NCBI RefSeq assembly: GCF_009914755.1
Contig: NC_060932.1
Length of the DNA stretch: 64,000 bases
Direction: 5' to 3' (one strand)
Source: the human T2T-CHM13v2.0 reference genome, Homo sapiens
How positions within the stretch are numbered: the first letter of the stretch is position 1; each line of letters opens with the position of its first letter. The position numbers were made by a program, and so were the translations under genes. This document shows, one piece after another, positions 30,646-41,914 of this stretch. Under the pieces are notes generated by a model, which saw only the letters and a program-made list of their open reading frames with translations, did no database searches and was not told the DNA's origin.

Positions 30646-32889
30646 GAGTTAAACAAAGAATAGAGAATAAATTCTCTACTACACTCTGTAAATTTGTATA
30701 TATGTTCAATGTTCTCAAAACAGACTAAAATATATTAATAAAAATTCAGGAGGTTACCAAAGGTGCTGTAAGTTTCCCCAAATTAGTTTTTTCCCCATAT
30801 TCAAAAAATGGGAAGTTTAAATAAAAGACATTTATTAGAAAAGAAAATGAGCATTAATAATCCAAGTATTTCAAATCCAAATGCCTACACCGACTAGACA
30901 ATTACACACTTACCAATTTGTCCAGGTGTAAGAAAATAGAGAGTGAAGAGAGAATTCTGATAAGATATTGGCAACATTTTTCAAAATGTTAACACTTTTT
31001 GTACCATTTAAAAAATAAACTATGAAATTGGACTCTCTCAATCGGCTTTAATGTCCAGGACAAAATCTCAGGTTTTACAATTAGCAAATTTATAAAGTGT
31101 TCTTATCCTTAGTATGAATATATTTAGTTCATAATTTATTTAGTGAAATTTCACTTGGTTAAAAAAATCTCAGTACTATAGTATGCTAAACAAATTTCAG
31201 AGTCAGAAAGGAAGACATTTAATTTAAATTAATTATGAACAATTTGCTTATTCAACTAAATATGTAAGCAGTCAGCTCTTTGAAGCATTGATATGTTTAG
31301 AGGATAACAAGCATATCTGGGAACAGTAATTTTTAGAAACCCCAAATCCTAAGTAACTGTACTATTTAGAACCAATTGCCATAGTGTTCCTGAATAACTG
31401 CCAGTTTTTTTCCAGTAGAGAATTTTATTTAGTGTGAATGATTTGTAATAGCTGGAAGGTCAATTGACAATGTGACTTGCATTTCTTTATCACCAGGTCA
31501 TGACCCAAATCACTGAGGAAAAAGGCCTTCTATTTTTCTAAACTTCCCTGGTCTCACAGACTGCTTAGTACATGGAAATATTTTCTAAAGCCTGCTGGTG
31601 TAAGAAGCCCAATCACAGTCCTTCTTATTTACTCATTTGAAAATGAAGGTGATATGCAGAACCCTACTGGAAATTCTAGGACACTAGGTTCAAACATATT
31701 AAAAAATATTAGCTAGTCCAGCACTTTCCATTGCTTAAACAAAAATTGGTGAACATTATTTTGCTTAACACTAATTAATATTAAATAGGAGTATGTTTTA
31801 AATAGCACCTTTTATTCTCAAGGTATCGCAAAAGAGGTTTACAAAGTAATGAGTTAAAATAATGGGAACAGCTCGACTATGCTGGCAAATGGATCAGCCA
31901 TTATGTGCCCAACAATAGCTCACACACGTATAAGTAATTAATGTCCTTCAGATGTACTTTATCATACTTACTTTTCACAGTGTTAAATTATTACCCTAAT
32001 TTTTATTCCAAAGACTTTCCTATTTATCTGCTATTGAATTATTTTATTGAGCATATTACCATTTATTTTAAAAAATCACTATCATTTCAATTATTCTTGA
32101 AGGAGCTTTCTAGTTCATTGCCCTGCATATAATCTCATGGGCCACTTCTTGAGTATTAGAAAAAATTAAAAATAAGAATGGCATAAAAATTAAAAACTCA
32201 ACTAGAATGAAACCTATTAGTTACTTTGTTTCTCTACACATTGCTACCAAGCTAAAGTAAATAGATCTTTTCAAGTTTGTTTAAGGCAAATGGGGTGTGT
32301 ATATATGTCTGTGTGTGTGAAATATATTTGGGATTATTTTTATTATTCTTTCCTTAAGCAATGATAGACAAATATCTATATTATTATGTTAAATATTAGA
32401 CATCTGATATTTTATGAAAGATACATACATTGAATAAATTGTTTTGTTAAAGTATTTTTCATGAATGAAACATCAGACTACTTGGAAGGTAAGCCAACAA
32501 ATGTTAATGATTCATCTTGCAAAATGAATGCAATAGTTTTAGACAATCAGTGAATAGCCAATGTTTCACAAAGGTGATCACTGAACACACAAAATTGAAA
32601 AAAAAACTTAATGTATAGAACAATAAATGCTGTGGCAATGGATAATTATCAGTCTTACAAATCCTAATCATTTTATGGTTTATCTTAATACAGTTAAATA
32701 TGTTCTTTGAATTACTTTATCTGTAACAATATTTAGATTTTTTTCCCCCAGGCTTCTGTTGGTGATATTTTCCAAATCAAGTGAAGGAAAAGAAAACTCA
32801 GTCATTATAAAACATAAAGCAATCTGTAAAATTATAAAGCTTTTCCCTTCTTCTCCCCCCACTCTCCTTCCCACATCAAATGTAGACCA

Positions 32890-33390
32890 TATGCCAAGGC
32901 TACTCCTTAACCATAACTGACTGTTGTTACTGTAGTAATCAGTCTCTGTCAGAGCAATTACTTAAAATCATCCGTCCTGGTTGTTTTTCACAATCCACAG
33001 CACACTGAGCAGAACAATGCAGCTGACAATCCGAATGGCGCAGATGGAATTATCATACCTCACACTCTGCCTGACTGACAGTTACCTGCAGGAAGCGGGG
33101 AAGGACCCTATCATCTGGAGGGGCAGCTTTCTTATTGCCAAAGAGGGGGAGAGAAAGCCCTTGCTGCACTTTTGTCATCTAGGGAATCAGCAGAGACTTC
33201 CTCCTGGCATGTGCAAAACAAACAATGACATTATTCTTCTGGATAGGCAGCTGGGTGGGCATCATCCATAAAGAGGCATTGGTTTTAAGATATTAAACAG
33301 GTTAATCAATAGGTGTTCCAGCTTTTGCAAGACCCTCATTAGCAGGCCATATGGACTGAAATTCATTAGCTTCTCTTGCCTCTAACCAGA
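32890..33390. promoter_or_regulatory. Candidate enhancer / conserved noncoding element
   Basis: AACAATG at 33013 and 33221; E-boxes at 33020, 33041, 33112, 33248, 33348; TGACTGACAG 33072; CCATAAA 33266; AATCAATA 33304. Confidence 0.45.
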
Positions 33391-33472
33391 TCAATATTCT
33401 AGGAACTGTCCCAAAGTACCTTGTTTAGACAAATGTTTGTTTCTCACATTTCCTAACCAATAGTTGTTAGAG

Positions 33473-33520
33473 TGTGTGTGATATGTGTGTATGTGTGTGT
33501 GTGTGTGTGAGAGAGAGAGT
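33473..33520. repeat. (TG)n(GA)n microsatellite
   Basis: Imperfect TG run followed by a GA run. Confidence 0.9.
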
Positions 33521-34772
33521 GTGACAGAGACAGTTTTGGGGTGAGGGCTTAAGAGGTTGATAGCCTGACCCAATTGCATCAATTGATACAATCACCATTA
33601 TATATAAAGGGTCAAGTTTTTAAATAGGAGTCCTTTTAACTAAGCAAATATTATCTTTCCTTATCCTCTTATTAAAAAAACAAAACAACACAGACAAATA
33701 AAAAGATAAGGAATGTCTTTGGGGAAGGCAAAATTTTACTAGGGTGGAAAACGGAATCAAACAAAACAGTATTTTTCCTGAACTGCTGATGTTCCCAAAA
33801 AGACCTGCCTCTCTCCAAGTGGTGCCGGCTTCAATCATTCTGCCGGGAACCTGCAGAGTCAAGCCGCTCCGGCGAGAGCATCTGCTTTAATGAAAGTCAC
33901 TGCAGGCTTTAGGCGCCTCCATAATCCTAAAAGCTGGAAATGTATTCATATTCATTTTCAGTGAATTCAGCTCAAAATAATTAGAGAAAGAAAGGGGGGG
34001 GATAACTTCTGGGTTCCATCTTTTGCTCTTGAACTATCTATGCCAAACGAAGCACGGGGCACATGAACTTAATGGGGATGAGTTTATAGCATACAGACAT
34101 TTTGAAATACAGCACCTCTACACATGTATATTCTTTTTATAAATTTCTTTGACTGGCAAGATTCAAAACACTAAGAGAGAAGGAATTCATTTGTTTCAGT
34201 AGGGAAAAAAAGCAAATTAGAAGAGCTGAATTCTTACGACATGCTGATGATTAAACCTACATTAATCATAAACATTGATGGGCCACCAACAGGGCATGTT
34301 TAATCATTTTCAACCAATTGTGTGACTATGACTACCCTTCTGCTAGACTTCTTAAAAGTATTTTCTTAGTGGGAGCTGAGATATTAAAGTTGCAGGATAC
34401 TCTTGGGTAATCAAATTTATTGCATCGCTATTCAGAAAATTGCCCAACATAGAGGTTGTTAAAGAGGCACCACAAAATATAGGCCTTCTGGCTGTATTTG
34501 TTTCTTGAACACATTAGGAGATTTTAATATGGAGAATGTACAGTTATTTTAATTTCACATTCAGTTAAATTTGGGGAGTGCAGCCTAAGAAGTGCTTCAT
34601 AACGAAAACCTGGAAGGTGCTAGAAGACCCGTTCTGCAAGGGTTGGGGGTCATTCTCCATTTTGAGTCTTGAGAAAAGGGTATGACAAGGTGTGATGCCC
34701 CACATTCACTAGGAGTTAGTGACCTGTTGTGAACTGAAGGAATGAGAAGAACATAATCTTAGCTTATATCTA

Positions 34773-35081
34773 CACCTGTGCTACTAGCTACATGTGGCTA
34801 TTGAGTGTCTAAAATGTGGCTCATTCAAATTGGGATGTGCTGTCAGGATGAAATACACATCAGATTTTGGAAACTTAGAAAAAAGAATGCAAAATATATT
34901 AATAATAAATTTCTGATATTTTTTAATGTTGAAGTGATAGTATTTTTGATATATCCAGGTTAGGTACAATATTAAACTAATTTTACCTGTTTGTTTCTTT
35001 TTAATTTTTTTGGTTTGTGTGGCTAGTAGATATTTAAAATTATACATGTGACTCACATTATATTTCTTTCGGACAGCATGG
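34773..35081. mobile_element. MER33-like (hAT-Charlie)
   Basis: CTAGCTACATGTGGCTATTGAG...AAATACACATCAGATTTTG...CATGTGACTCACATTATATTTC...GGACAGC. Confidence 0.8.
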
Positions 35082-35089
35082 GCCTACAC

Positions 35090-35290
35090 AATCTATGCGC
35101 CATGCTAGTCATTTCACATATACCTTCTCCTTAAATCTTTATAGCAACTTGGTGAAGAAGTTATGATTATTCCCTATTTATTGATAGGAGATAGGCTCAG
35201 AAACATCAAGGACATTGCTTAATACACACAGCTACTTGGTAGGAAAACTTTATTCATAGAAGATTGTTGTCATTTCAAAAGGCCCTTTTC
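35090..35290 (-). mobile_element. MIR
   Basis: ATTATTCCCTATTTTATTGATAGGAGATAGGCTCAGAAA antisense core. Confidence 0.6.
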
Positions 35291-35623
35291 TTTCCAGAAA
35301 GTCTTCCTTCTTTTCACGTCCTATTACTGATTGTTGTTAGTTGCAAATGAGAATAAACGTTTTGATTTTTAATGCATATGTTGTCTAGTTTGCCTTATTC
35401 AGTGTTTCCCACTGGGGATGCTATCTCCATTTAAGGTGGGGAAATTCTAGCTTACATGAGACTGTCCCAGGATTTTTGCAGGATTTTCAGCATTCCTGGC
35501 CAGAATCCATTAAAGATGTTTCCTTAACTCCCATGAGGGTAATCATCAAAAAAGCTCCCCCTTCATTTCCAAACAACCCCTGAGGTGATGTTATCACATT
35601 GTGTTTGGAGACATTGATCTAGA

Positions 35624-35845
35624 CTATGGAGCCTGCAAACTATGGCCCAAAAAACTGGACCCATGTGTGTAAGTAAAATTTTCTTGGAACATAGCTATGC
35701 CCTTTTGTTGACATATGTAGCTGCTTTTACACTGTGAGGCCAGAGTTGAATAGTTTAGAAAAAGACTGTATAGGCTGCAAAACTAAAAATATTCACTCTC
35801 TGGCTCTTTAAAGAGACAGAAAAAATCTTTGGGTCTACCTAGATC
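35624..35845. mobile_element. MER58A-like (hAT-Charlie)
   Basis: GCAAACTATGGCCC...TAAAATTTTCTTGGAACATAGCTATGCCC...GCAAAACTAAAAATATTCACTCTCTGGC. Confidence 0.75.
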
Positions 35846-36009
35846 TATTTCTATGTTATTCTGTCTATCAATTAACAATCTTGCTTCAGGACTTGCATTT
35901 TGAGGCTTGTTTCTCTTTGATTCTGATTCTTATATTCTATACCTCTGAGTACACTATTCCCACTCCCTTATACACCTTAATCTATAAAATTTTATTACTT
36001 CTAGCTCTT

Positions 36010-36228
36010 TCTGTAGTGGTATTGTGGTCAGAAAGCCTGAATTCCGGTCTGGGCATTGTCACTTACTACTTGTGTGTCCTTGAGCAGATCCTTATTTACT
36101 GTCTCTGAGACTGTCTTTGCCTATCTGATATGGAAGGCAAGTAATTTTTACCTCTCAATAATTGGCATGATGATGAAATAATCCAATGATACTAAAGCAC
36201 CTAGGATAATACCTGGGACATTATAGGT
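36010..36228 (+). mobile_element. MIR
   Basis: TGTCACTTACTACTTGTGTGTCCTTGAGCAG...AAAGCACCTAGGATAATACCTGGGACA. Confidence 0.6.
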
Positions 36229-39126
36229 TTCTCTTCTTTCCCTAAGATGGATCTAAAACACAAACTAACAGACTATCTCTTTGGATTCATGAATAAACAC
36301 ACCTCCATAAACGTTTTTCATCTGTTCCCCTCATTCATTTTTGTGTTACTTCCAGTATTAATTCTGTGGCCTTCAAGAGTGTCATAATGAGAGTATTTGT
36401 CTCATCAGAAGCATTATTTTTTTCCTCTCAGTTAGACCAATGACCACTAATACCAGTGATCAAGTGAGAAGGGTCACTGAAATAGACTGCTCAGCCAAAG
36501 AAGAGGGCATTGAATTCAATTTGTAGTTGACCAGATGCTTAGAAATCAAAGAGGTGCCATGTTGTCTTATTGCTTAAAGCAAGTAAATAACCTCGCAAAG
36601 AAGTTCAGAATTAATTGGAGTTGAAATAATTATAGACGATGATAAGCCAGCCACCAGAGAAATGCAATAGTCAAGCTGTGTGGTAACAAATGCACTGATT
36701 AACATATGTCAGGACAGCACAGAATGTAGCTGAGAAACAGAGAATTATGAAGGTGAAAAAAATTACCGGCTTCAATAACAGTTTTTAGTTATAGCTCAGT
36801 TCTCTATTTCTGAAATTGGAGATAATTCATTCTTAAAAAAAAAAAAATCTGTTTTAGTGAGAGAGAATATAAGCCTGAAAGGCCAGTGTGCCACCTGACG
36901 AGCCGAGCCACTGATTTAGAATAAACAAATATATTTTAACATCCAAAGAGATACTTTCGTCTTGTGACCAGCTGATTAGTGAGCCATCCTCAGCTCCTGC
37001 AGTTGAACAAGGGTAATCTCCCTGCAAATGAGGGTCTCTCTACCACTCAAAGCGTAAACGGACCTATTGAAGCTGAAACTTTCGCTTTAGAACTTCAAGA
37101 AAACCACTTCACCTAAAATGAGCCCGGTGAGTATGAAAGGACTGACATGTGACCCAACTGTAGCCCACAGCTGAATAGGAATCCTGGAATAATCCATATT
37201 TGTATGACACTAAAGTTCTTAAGCACTTTCACCTGTATTAACTCGCATGTGAAATGGCCAGGTTGATTAACTTATTGAGAGAAAACAAGATCGTTCTTTC
37301 AAGATCGCTCTTTGCAGATCTAAACCTCCTCCCACCCTCCTGAGTTTTTCCACAGAATTTAGGACATGACTCAGTTTCTTAACACATTGGGGGAAAATTT
37401 CTTCAAAGAAAGGAGTGATGTGTGAAATTAAGAAACAGAAGGAGCATAAGGAAGACAATATGGTAACACACAGTTAAGTTTCCAAGACTTGAGAATATAT
37501 CTCTCGCAAAATATCCCTGTATGCTAAAGTGCATTCTGTTTATTCTAGCTCGGTGGCTCAGCTGGTCATGTAATATGCTAGCAAATGGCAGACTGAAAAT
37601 GTAGAGCAAGGTTGGACTATCAGGGCTTTCATCAAAAGGAAACTCTGGGGCTTGGTGTTAGTTTGTACAGTCTAGGGGGCTTCAGAGAATGACTAAAAAT
37701 GCAAGATGGGAGAAAGAGAAAGGAAAATGAAGAGTCCTTCAGACTTAATCAATGGTTAGCATCCAGAGCCCCTCTCAGAATTGTCCATACTAGTAAAACA
37801 TAAATAAATCCACAGAGAATTTCAGCTTAATTGGGACTCTTATTATCGTAGCCTGTATGGGCTCACCTTAGAAGAGAAGTGTCATCGTAATTGAACACTA
37901 ATTTGGTTTCAGACTCTGCTAGTTGAAGGGAGGATGCTGTTCAGCACACAATTCAGGTAAAAGAATGCTACTTGGCCTGAGCAGTTTCCAAAGAACTGAG
38001 CAAGCCAGATAATTTTATGGCAAGTGAACTCTTGCTAGAGAAGTGATTATCAACATTTTATGTTTTGCAAAAAGCCTTATAAGCATTTAATGGAATATGC
38101 CCTCATCACTTTCCTGCTGTTTTTACCTTTTTTTTATAGATTAGGAAACTGAGGTTCAGTGACTTGCAGAGACTTTCCAGGGTCAATAGTAATTCAGCAG
38201 CAAAGTTTCATAATATCACACAATCACAATAACAGAAGGATTTAAAAATAGCCTTCCAATGCATTTGCAGAATGAATTATACCCACAAGGTTTCTTTTTG
38301 GCCTGAAAAAATAGACACATCTCTCTACCTCCTTTATGTTGATCTTATTACACTCTTAAGGTAATAGACTTTTCAGTGAAAAAATATTTCACTTCACTTA
38401 CAAAGAGAAAATTCCATTAAACCAAAGCCTATAAAAACAAGCAGAGCATATTGCATATTGCATATATTTTCATTTCCTCATGTCCATAATTATCCTGATT
38501 TTTTTTTATATTTAGGTACATTGGCTAGTGTTTATTTTTCAGAGGTGTTTTAAAAGATCACATCTAACTAGCAAATCTTCGATGTTAGAAAAAAGACAGT
38601 TGATTGCTAGTTGTTTCCCCAAAATTTACAAAGATAAATGTTCTATAGTCTCTCCTAGAAGTATCCCTCAATTGATTGTGTTTTAACATCATAAGCCATT
38701 TTTCAAATTTCCCAAGGACATCTGAAAACTCATAATCCACCTCCAAGATCTTAGCACTGTGGGTTTTCTGCTAACCCAATAGTCAGCTCTCTGTTTATCC
38801 AAAAAACCCCACTAATTTGTACAAGCCTAAGAATCACTCCTACGAGTCTCATGATGTTTGTGCTGATAGCTGCTGAACTATGAATAAGACTTTATTAAAT
38901 ATCTGAGTCTTCAAATTGTGTGTATGAAATCCCTTAAGTTATTATTCTCTTTTTGTTGGGTAAGGGCTACAGGTTTGAGAAAGAAGCTAACATGCTTGTT
39001 AGAGCTCTATTCTCAAAAAAGAACATGAAGTGTAAAGCCAAACTCAACTGAGGCTGGGCAAAGCTTTTTTCCTAAGTGATAGTTCACAAAGAGTAAATAA
39101 TTACTAGGGAGGAAGACTATGAATTA

Positions 39127-39171
39127 TTAGGTTGGCACAAATATAAGTGCAGTTTTTGCCATTACTTTTAA
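39127..39171. mobile_element. Half MADE1 / solo Hsmar1 mariner TIR
   Basis: TTAGGTTGGCACAAATATAAGTGCAGTTTTTGCCATTACTTTTAA versus the MADE1 left half; TA on both sides. Confidence 0.8.
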
Positions 39172-39749
39172 TACCAGCTCTTTATGATGTCGGCTCATGA
39201 CTAGTTTTTAATTTTTTGTCTGTAATATCTCCCAATGTAACTCACCTTTTAAAATTAACAATATGTTAATCTCCTTCACATTTTACTCTCATTTGTCCTT
39301 GATCTCAGAACATTCAGTGGCTTCCAGATACTTACAGGCAATCAATTCCTGGGTGGTTTACCACATAAGGTCCTTCACTTTCTGATTGCTTTCTAGATGA
39401 ACCATTTTTTTGTGATAGCACAGCTGGCTTATTCATTGCTCCCAGAGTACATCAAACGTTTATCAACATTTTCTTTGCCTAGAATGCTCTTCCACTTTTG
39501 TTCCAAGTCTCTTTTCTTCAAAGTTCTGCTAAATCCCACCCTTTCTGTGAGGGGACTACCCAGGGAGTGTTATCCTTTAGTAAGTGTTTCCTCCTTGGCA
39601 GTCTTGTAATTTCTTTTACCCATAACATTCACTTAGTACCTAATACATGCTAGACCATATTATCATATATCTTACTCTCTGTCCATTCAGGTTCTGTATA
39701 CAAGTGTTGTGTTCCTAGGATCCTGCAGTTAATAATGGCCGGTGGCACT

Positions 39750-39990
39750 GATGGTCATTAACGTTCAATACCACGTGCCAGGTAAGTCAGGTGGTTCAAG
39801 CACTTTGCAAGCGTAACTCACTTAGTTCTAACAGCAGTCCTAAGAGGTAGATACCATTATGATCTCCATTTTAAAAATTACAAAGCTGAGGCACAGAACA
39901 AATGACTTTTCTTGTGCCACCCAGCTGGTAAATGGTGGGGTTAAGATTGGAACCTAGGTGGTTCAACTTCAGATTCCCATCCACTTAAGT
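39750..39990 (-). mobile_element. MIR
   Basis: CCTAAGAGGTAGATACCATTATGATCTCCATTTTA...GCTGAGGCACAGA. Confidence 0.7.
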
Positions 39991-40689
39991 AATATGCAAT
40001 ACTGATGATTATTGAAGAAAAAAGTATATAATTTTATAGTTTTAGGCTAAAACTTTTCATAGTATGAGAAGAGAAAATCTAAAATATGCCATATTTAAGT
40101 TTAAAAGGGTCAAAAGTCTAAAGCTTTAAGGACTTGGATTTTTTAATGGATAAAGATGTATATGTTCATGCAAAATTGTGTTAGCCCATGAATTGAGATC
40201 CAGGTAAATCAGGCTCCCAAACACCACTGCTTCCCTTAGCTGCCTACTTTCTCATGAAGGTGCACTCTTCCTTTATTTTTCCTTTGTATTTATGTTACTG
40301 CTGGAGGAGAAACACAGAAAAACTCATTTTTTAAAAAGAGCTTGAAATGATTGTTTTAATATTAAGTATGTCTGATATGTCTTTTTCAAAATGATGAGCA
40401 TATCTACATAAAAATAAAATAGTTTGAAGATGAGAAATAAGCAAGATTTGGCTTTGTATTTCTTCTCTTTTTTCAAGGAAGTCATATATTGACTGTGTTA
40501 TTTCAACCTGTCTTAACAAGTGTATGTAAACTAATGGTCAAATGAAAGCTGTCACTCATGAGACGTTTTATTGCGGTGAGAACCAAATTTGCATTATCTT
40601 GGGATTCCTTATCATATAAACTAATAAAAGACATCTATTAATGTTTGATATTTTTATTTTTATTATAGATTTAATAATCATTATTTTCA

Positions 40690-41270
40690 TTAAAACTTAA
40701 TAACATAAATTGGTGGATACTACAGTTTGATTGAAAAGCCTAAAAACATTTATACCTTGTGGACATTAATTCCACTTATAGAAATCTATCATTAGGGAAT
40801 AATAAGAAATGCCAAAAAAATTGTAAGCAGGTATGTTTACTACAGTACTACTTATGCAGTCAAAAACAAAACCTTGTCAAATATTCTGAATTAGAGGAAG
40901 TAAATCATGGTACAGTTGCACAATAGAATATTTATGTAGTAATTAAAAATGAAGAGCACTTTAATGACATAAAAATGCTTTTAATAATCAGTAATGTTGA
41001 GAAAAATGCAACACACAAATTATATATACAGTGTGAGTACAAATATTAAGAGAAGAATAGATAAGAAAGGAGTCAGAAGAAGGTATCCTGACATATGAAT
41101 TACAAATGAAAAAACTTACAGAAAAAAGACAGGAAGTAATTATGGAACCATGTTTATAAGGGTATTTCTGCACAGTGTGATGATAGGTGGTCCATTACTT
41201 TCTTCTCTATAAATTTCTTTATTTTACAACATTTTAAAAATGGATTTATTCCTTTTATTATCAGGAAAAA
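40690..41270 (+). mobile_element. Ancient L1ME-like 3' remnant
   Basis: TAATTCCACTTATAGAAATCTATC...TAAATCATGGTACAG...CAATAGAATATT; tail TTTTATTATCAGGAAAAAA. Confidence 0.6.
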
Positions 41271-41502
41271 ATCTTTGGTTTAAGAAAGTTAATGGCAATT
41301 TCAATAGAAATGGATAGGATTCAGGAAAAGAAGATAACCAAATATGAGTTCTGACATTTTATATTTTGAATTGATTGTTTATGTTATTAAAGGTCACACA
41401 TCTGCAGAGATTAATTAAACTATAAGTTCATAGCCTCTGGATCCTTTGTATGTCTGGCTTATGGTACCATTCTTCATATAGAATTCCAGTACATGTTTAT
41501 TA

Positions 41503-41914
41503 ACAATTAGTAATTTTGTGTTGCTATAATAGAATATCTGAGATTAGGTAATGTATAAATAAAAAAATGTTTATTTGGCTCACAATCCTGATGGCTGGAA
41601 AGTTCAAGATTGAGCATCTGCCTCTGGTGAGGGCCTTAGGCCACTTCCACTCAGGGTGGAGGCCACATGGCAAGAAAGGAAGCTGGAAGGGGTGGCTGGG
41701 AGGTGCCAGGTTTTTTTTTTTTTTTTTAAACAACGGACTCTCTCTGGAATTAGTAGAGTGAGAACTGCTTCTCCCAAAAGGAAGGACATTAATCTATGCA
41801 TGAGGGATCTGTCTCCATGACCCAAACACCTCCTATTAGGTCCCACTTTCTTCCAACACTGGGGATCAAATTTTGACATGCGCTTTGGAGGGGACAAATA
41901 TCTGAACCGTAGCA
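41503..41914 (-). mobile_element. MSTB-like MaLR solo LTR
   Basis: TGTTGCTATAATAGAATATCTGAGA...TTTGGCTCACAATCCTG...CATGAGGGATCTG...TGACCCAAACACCTCC...TAGCA. Confidence 0.85.

Noticed and set aside
30860-31020. Possible very old hAT relic; also a MER20-like stretch at 35400-35620
   Set aside because: Too diverged to name reliably without a profile search.
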